Shown piece by piece: positions 15,395-16,750 of a DNA stretch of 16,750 bases. The DNA is taken from the NCBI GenBank assembly GCA_049472315.1, contig JBLIRN010000059.1, positions 1 through 16,750 of the forward strand, in the 5' to 3' direction. This DNA comes from a bacterium (lineage in GTDB: Bacteria; SZUA-182; DTGQ01; JAFGSM01). The notes beneath the pieces are model-generated. The model was not told the DNA's origin, ran no database searches, and saw only the letters and a list, made by a program, of their open reading frames with translations. The translations under genes were made by a program, and so were the position numbers. Within the stretch, counting starts at the first letter, position 1; every line of letters starts with the position of its first letter.

Positions 15395-16750
15395 TTAAAC
15401 ATCCGGAGTATGATATTTGGGCACCGGCCTTCCCTCTCCCATGACCAGCAGGCCATAGGTCCTTTGAATCCTGTCCCAGTTGTGCTCCCGATCGAGCGCC
15501 CAGTAGCGCCCGATCACCGAGACCACCCTGCCCACCCCTGCATTGCGTGCCCGCTCCTCGATCTGCCGGACATAGTAGGCACCGCTCTCCGGCCGCTCCC
15601 CCCTCCTGCCGAGGAGGGAATGGATGAACACCCGCTCGTGCCCTTCCTTTTTTGCCATATCCATCAGGGCATAAAGGTACTCCACGGACCCGTGCGAGCT
15701 GTAAAAGGAGACGATCCCGAGCAGGTGGAGGCCGGTGCCTTGCTTCTTTGCCTGGCTGATCGCCCAAAGGAATTCCGGATTCTTCTGGAAGGTGCCCTCC
15801 TCGATCGCCCGGGCAATCCTGATCCGGTCCGAGGCCACCACCCTGCCTGCACCGAGATGGAGATGCCCTGATTCGGAGTTTCCCACGGTCCCGGAGGGGA
15901 GTCCCACCGCCTCCCCTGATGCGGCAAGGAGCCTCCAGGGATGTTGCGCCATGAGCCCATCCACGCATGAGGTATCCGCCTCGGCGATCAGGTTTCCCTC
16001 CGAAGAGGAATTGTACCCCCATCCATCCATGATCAGGAGGAGGACCCTGCTGCCGCGTCCCTGCTGCGTGCCTGATGAAAGCAGGCCCCTTCCGGTCATC
16101 GCGTCCGGCACGGGCAGGCCGAGGAGGTGGAGTATGGTGGGGGCCACATCGATGAGACTCCCTTCGCCCTCCCATAGGGAGACGCCTTCATTCCCTTCCG
16201 GGGGGATCGCCACAAAGGGCACCGGGCTGTCGGTGTGTCCGGTATCGATCTTCCCGTCGGGGTAATACCACTTCTCCACGGTGCCGTGATCCGCAACGAG
16301 CAGGGTGAATACCCCCGCATCCCTGGCCTCCCCGACGATCCTCCCCACCTGCCCGTCCACCACACGGATGGCCTCCAGTATGGCCGGCTTGTTCTCGATG
16401 TGGCCGACCACATCGATATTCGCGAGGTTGACGCAGATAAACTCCTCGTGCCCCTTGCGGATGCGATCGATCACCCGGTCGGCCACCTCGGCGCAGCTCA
16501 TGTGGGGACACTGGTCGAAATTCCTTACGTCCTTGGGTGACGGGACAATGATCCGCTCCTCGCCGGGAAAGGGGCTCTCACGCTTGCCATTCAAAAAATA
16601 GGTGACGTGGAGGGCCTTCTCCGTCTCGGCGATCTTGACCTGTCTCAACCCTGCCCTGCTGATCAACTCGCTCAGGGTGTTCTCCAGACGCTCGTACGGC
16701 GGGAAGGCCACCCTCACGGGCAGATCGGGATGGTACTGGATCATGGTGAC
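15395..16750 (-). CDS. gpmI: 2,3-bisphosphoglycerate-independent phosphoglycerate mutase family protein, partial (5' end beyond right edge), atypical domain order
   Basis: C-half motifs AETEKALHVTYFLNG, NLANIDVVGH, ADHG, GHT, DVAPTIL, MTG, followed by N-half motifs LLIMDGWG, ASGEAVGLP, GNSESGH, GAGR, GRYWALDR..NWDR. Frame is open to the window edge (V-T-M at 16750-16742). Confidence 0.85.
   Translation of the reverse strand, partial: VTMIQYHPDLPVRVAFPPYERLENTLSELISRAGLRQVKIAETEKALHVTYFLNGKRESPFPGEERIIVPSPKDVRNFDQCPHMSCAEVADRVIDRIRKGHEEFICVNLANIDVVGHIENKPAILEAIRVVDGQVGRIVGEARDAGVFTLLVADHGTVEKWYYPDGKIDTGHTDSPVPFVAIPPEGNEGVSLWEGEGSLIDVAPTILHLLGLPVPDAMTGRGLLSSGTQQGRGSRVLLLIMDGWGYNSSSEGNLIAEADTSCVDGLMAQHPWRLLAASGEAVGLPSGTVGNSESGHLHLGAGRVVASDRIRIARAIEEGTFQKNPEFLWAISQAKKQGTGLHLLGIVSFYSSHGSVEYLYALMDMAKKEGHERVFIHSLLGRRGERPESGAYYVRQIEERARNAGVGRVVSVIGRYWALDREHNWDRIQRTYGLLVMGEGRPVPKYHTPDV

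Overview
Gene-dense window from a GC-rich anaerobic bacterium. The gene content suggests Desulfobacterota/deltaproteobacteria, which is inference only. Left to right: (i) a minus-strand chemotaxis unit: cheW, a secreted His-rich protein of unknown function, and a transmembrane MCP running off the left edge whose periplasmic region holds a CZB-like insert lacking most zinc ligands; (ii) a 60-aa Cys-rich zinc-ribbon protein and a DUF4203-like membrane protein; (iii) a tungstate ABC transporter split into divergent tupA and tupBC, with overlapping promoters and 10-bp phased repeats; (iv) a tightly packed minus-strand operon: [NiFe]-hydrogenase small subunit without Tat signal, large subunit, metV, metF, maturation protease, hypA, and an HTH_17/PBP-like (TaoR-type) regulator; (v) a FecR-domain exported protein; (vi) a partial cofactor-independent phosphoglycerate mutase whose normal C-terminal half is followed by an N-terminal half. 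The most notable system is metVF embedded between hydrogenase structural and maturation genes, a candidate soluble H2:methylene-THF oxidoreductase. No rRNA, tRNA, CRISPR array or mobile element was recognised.
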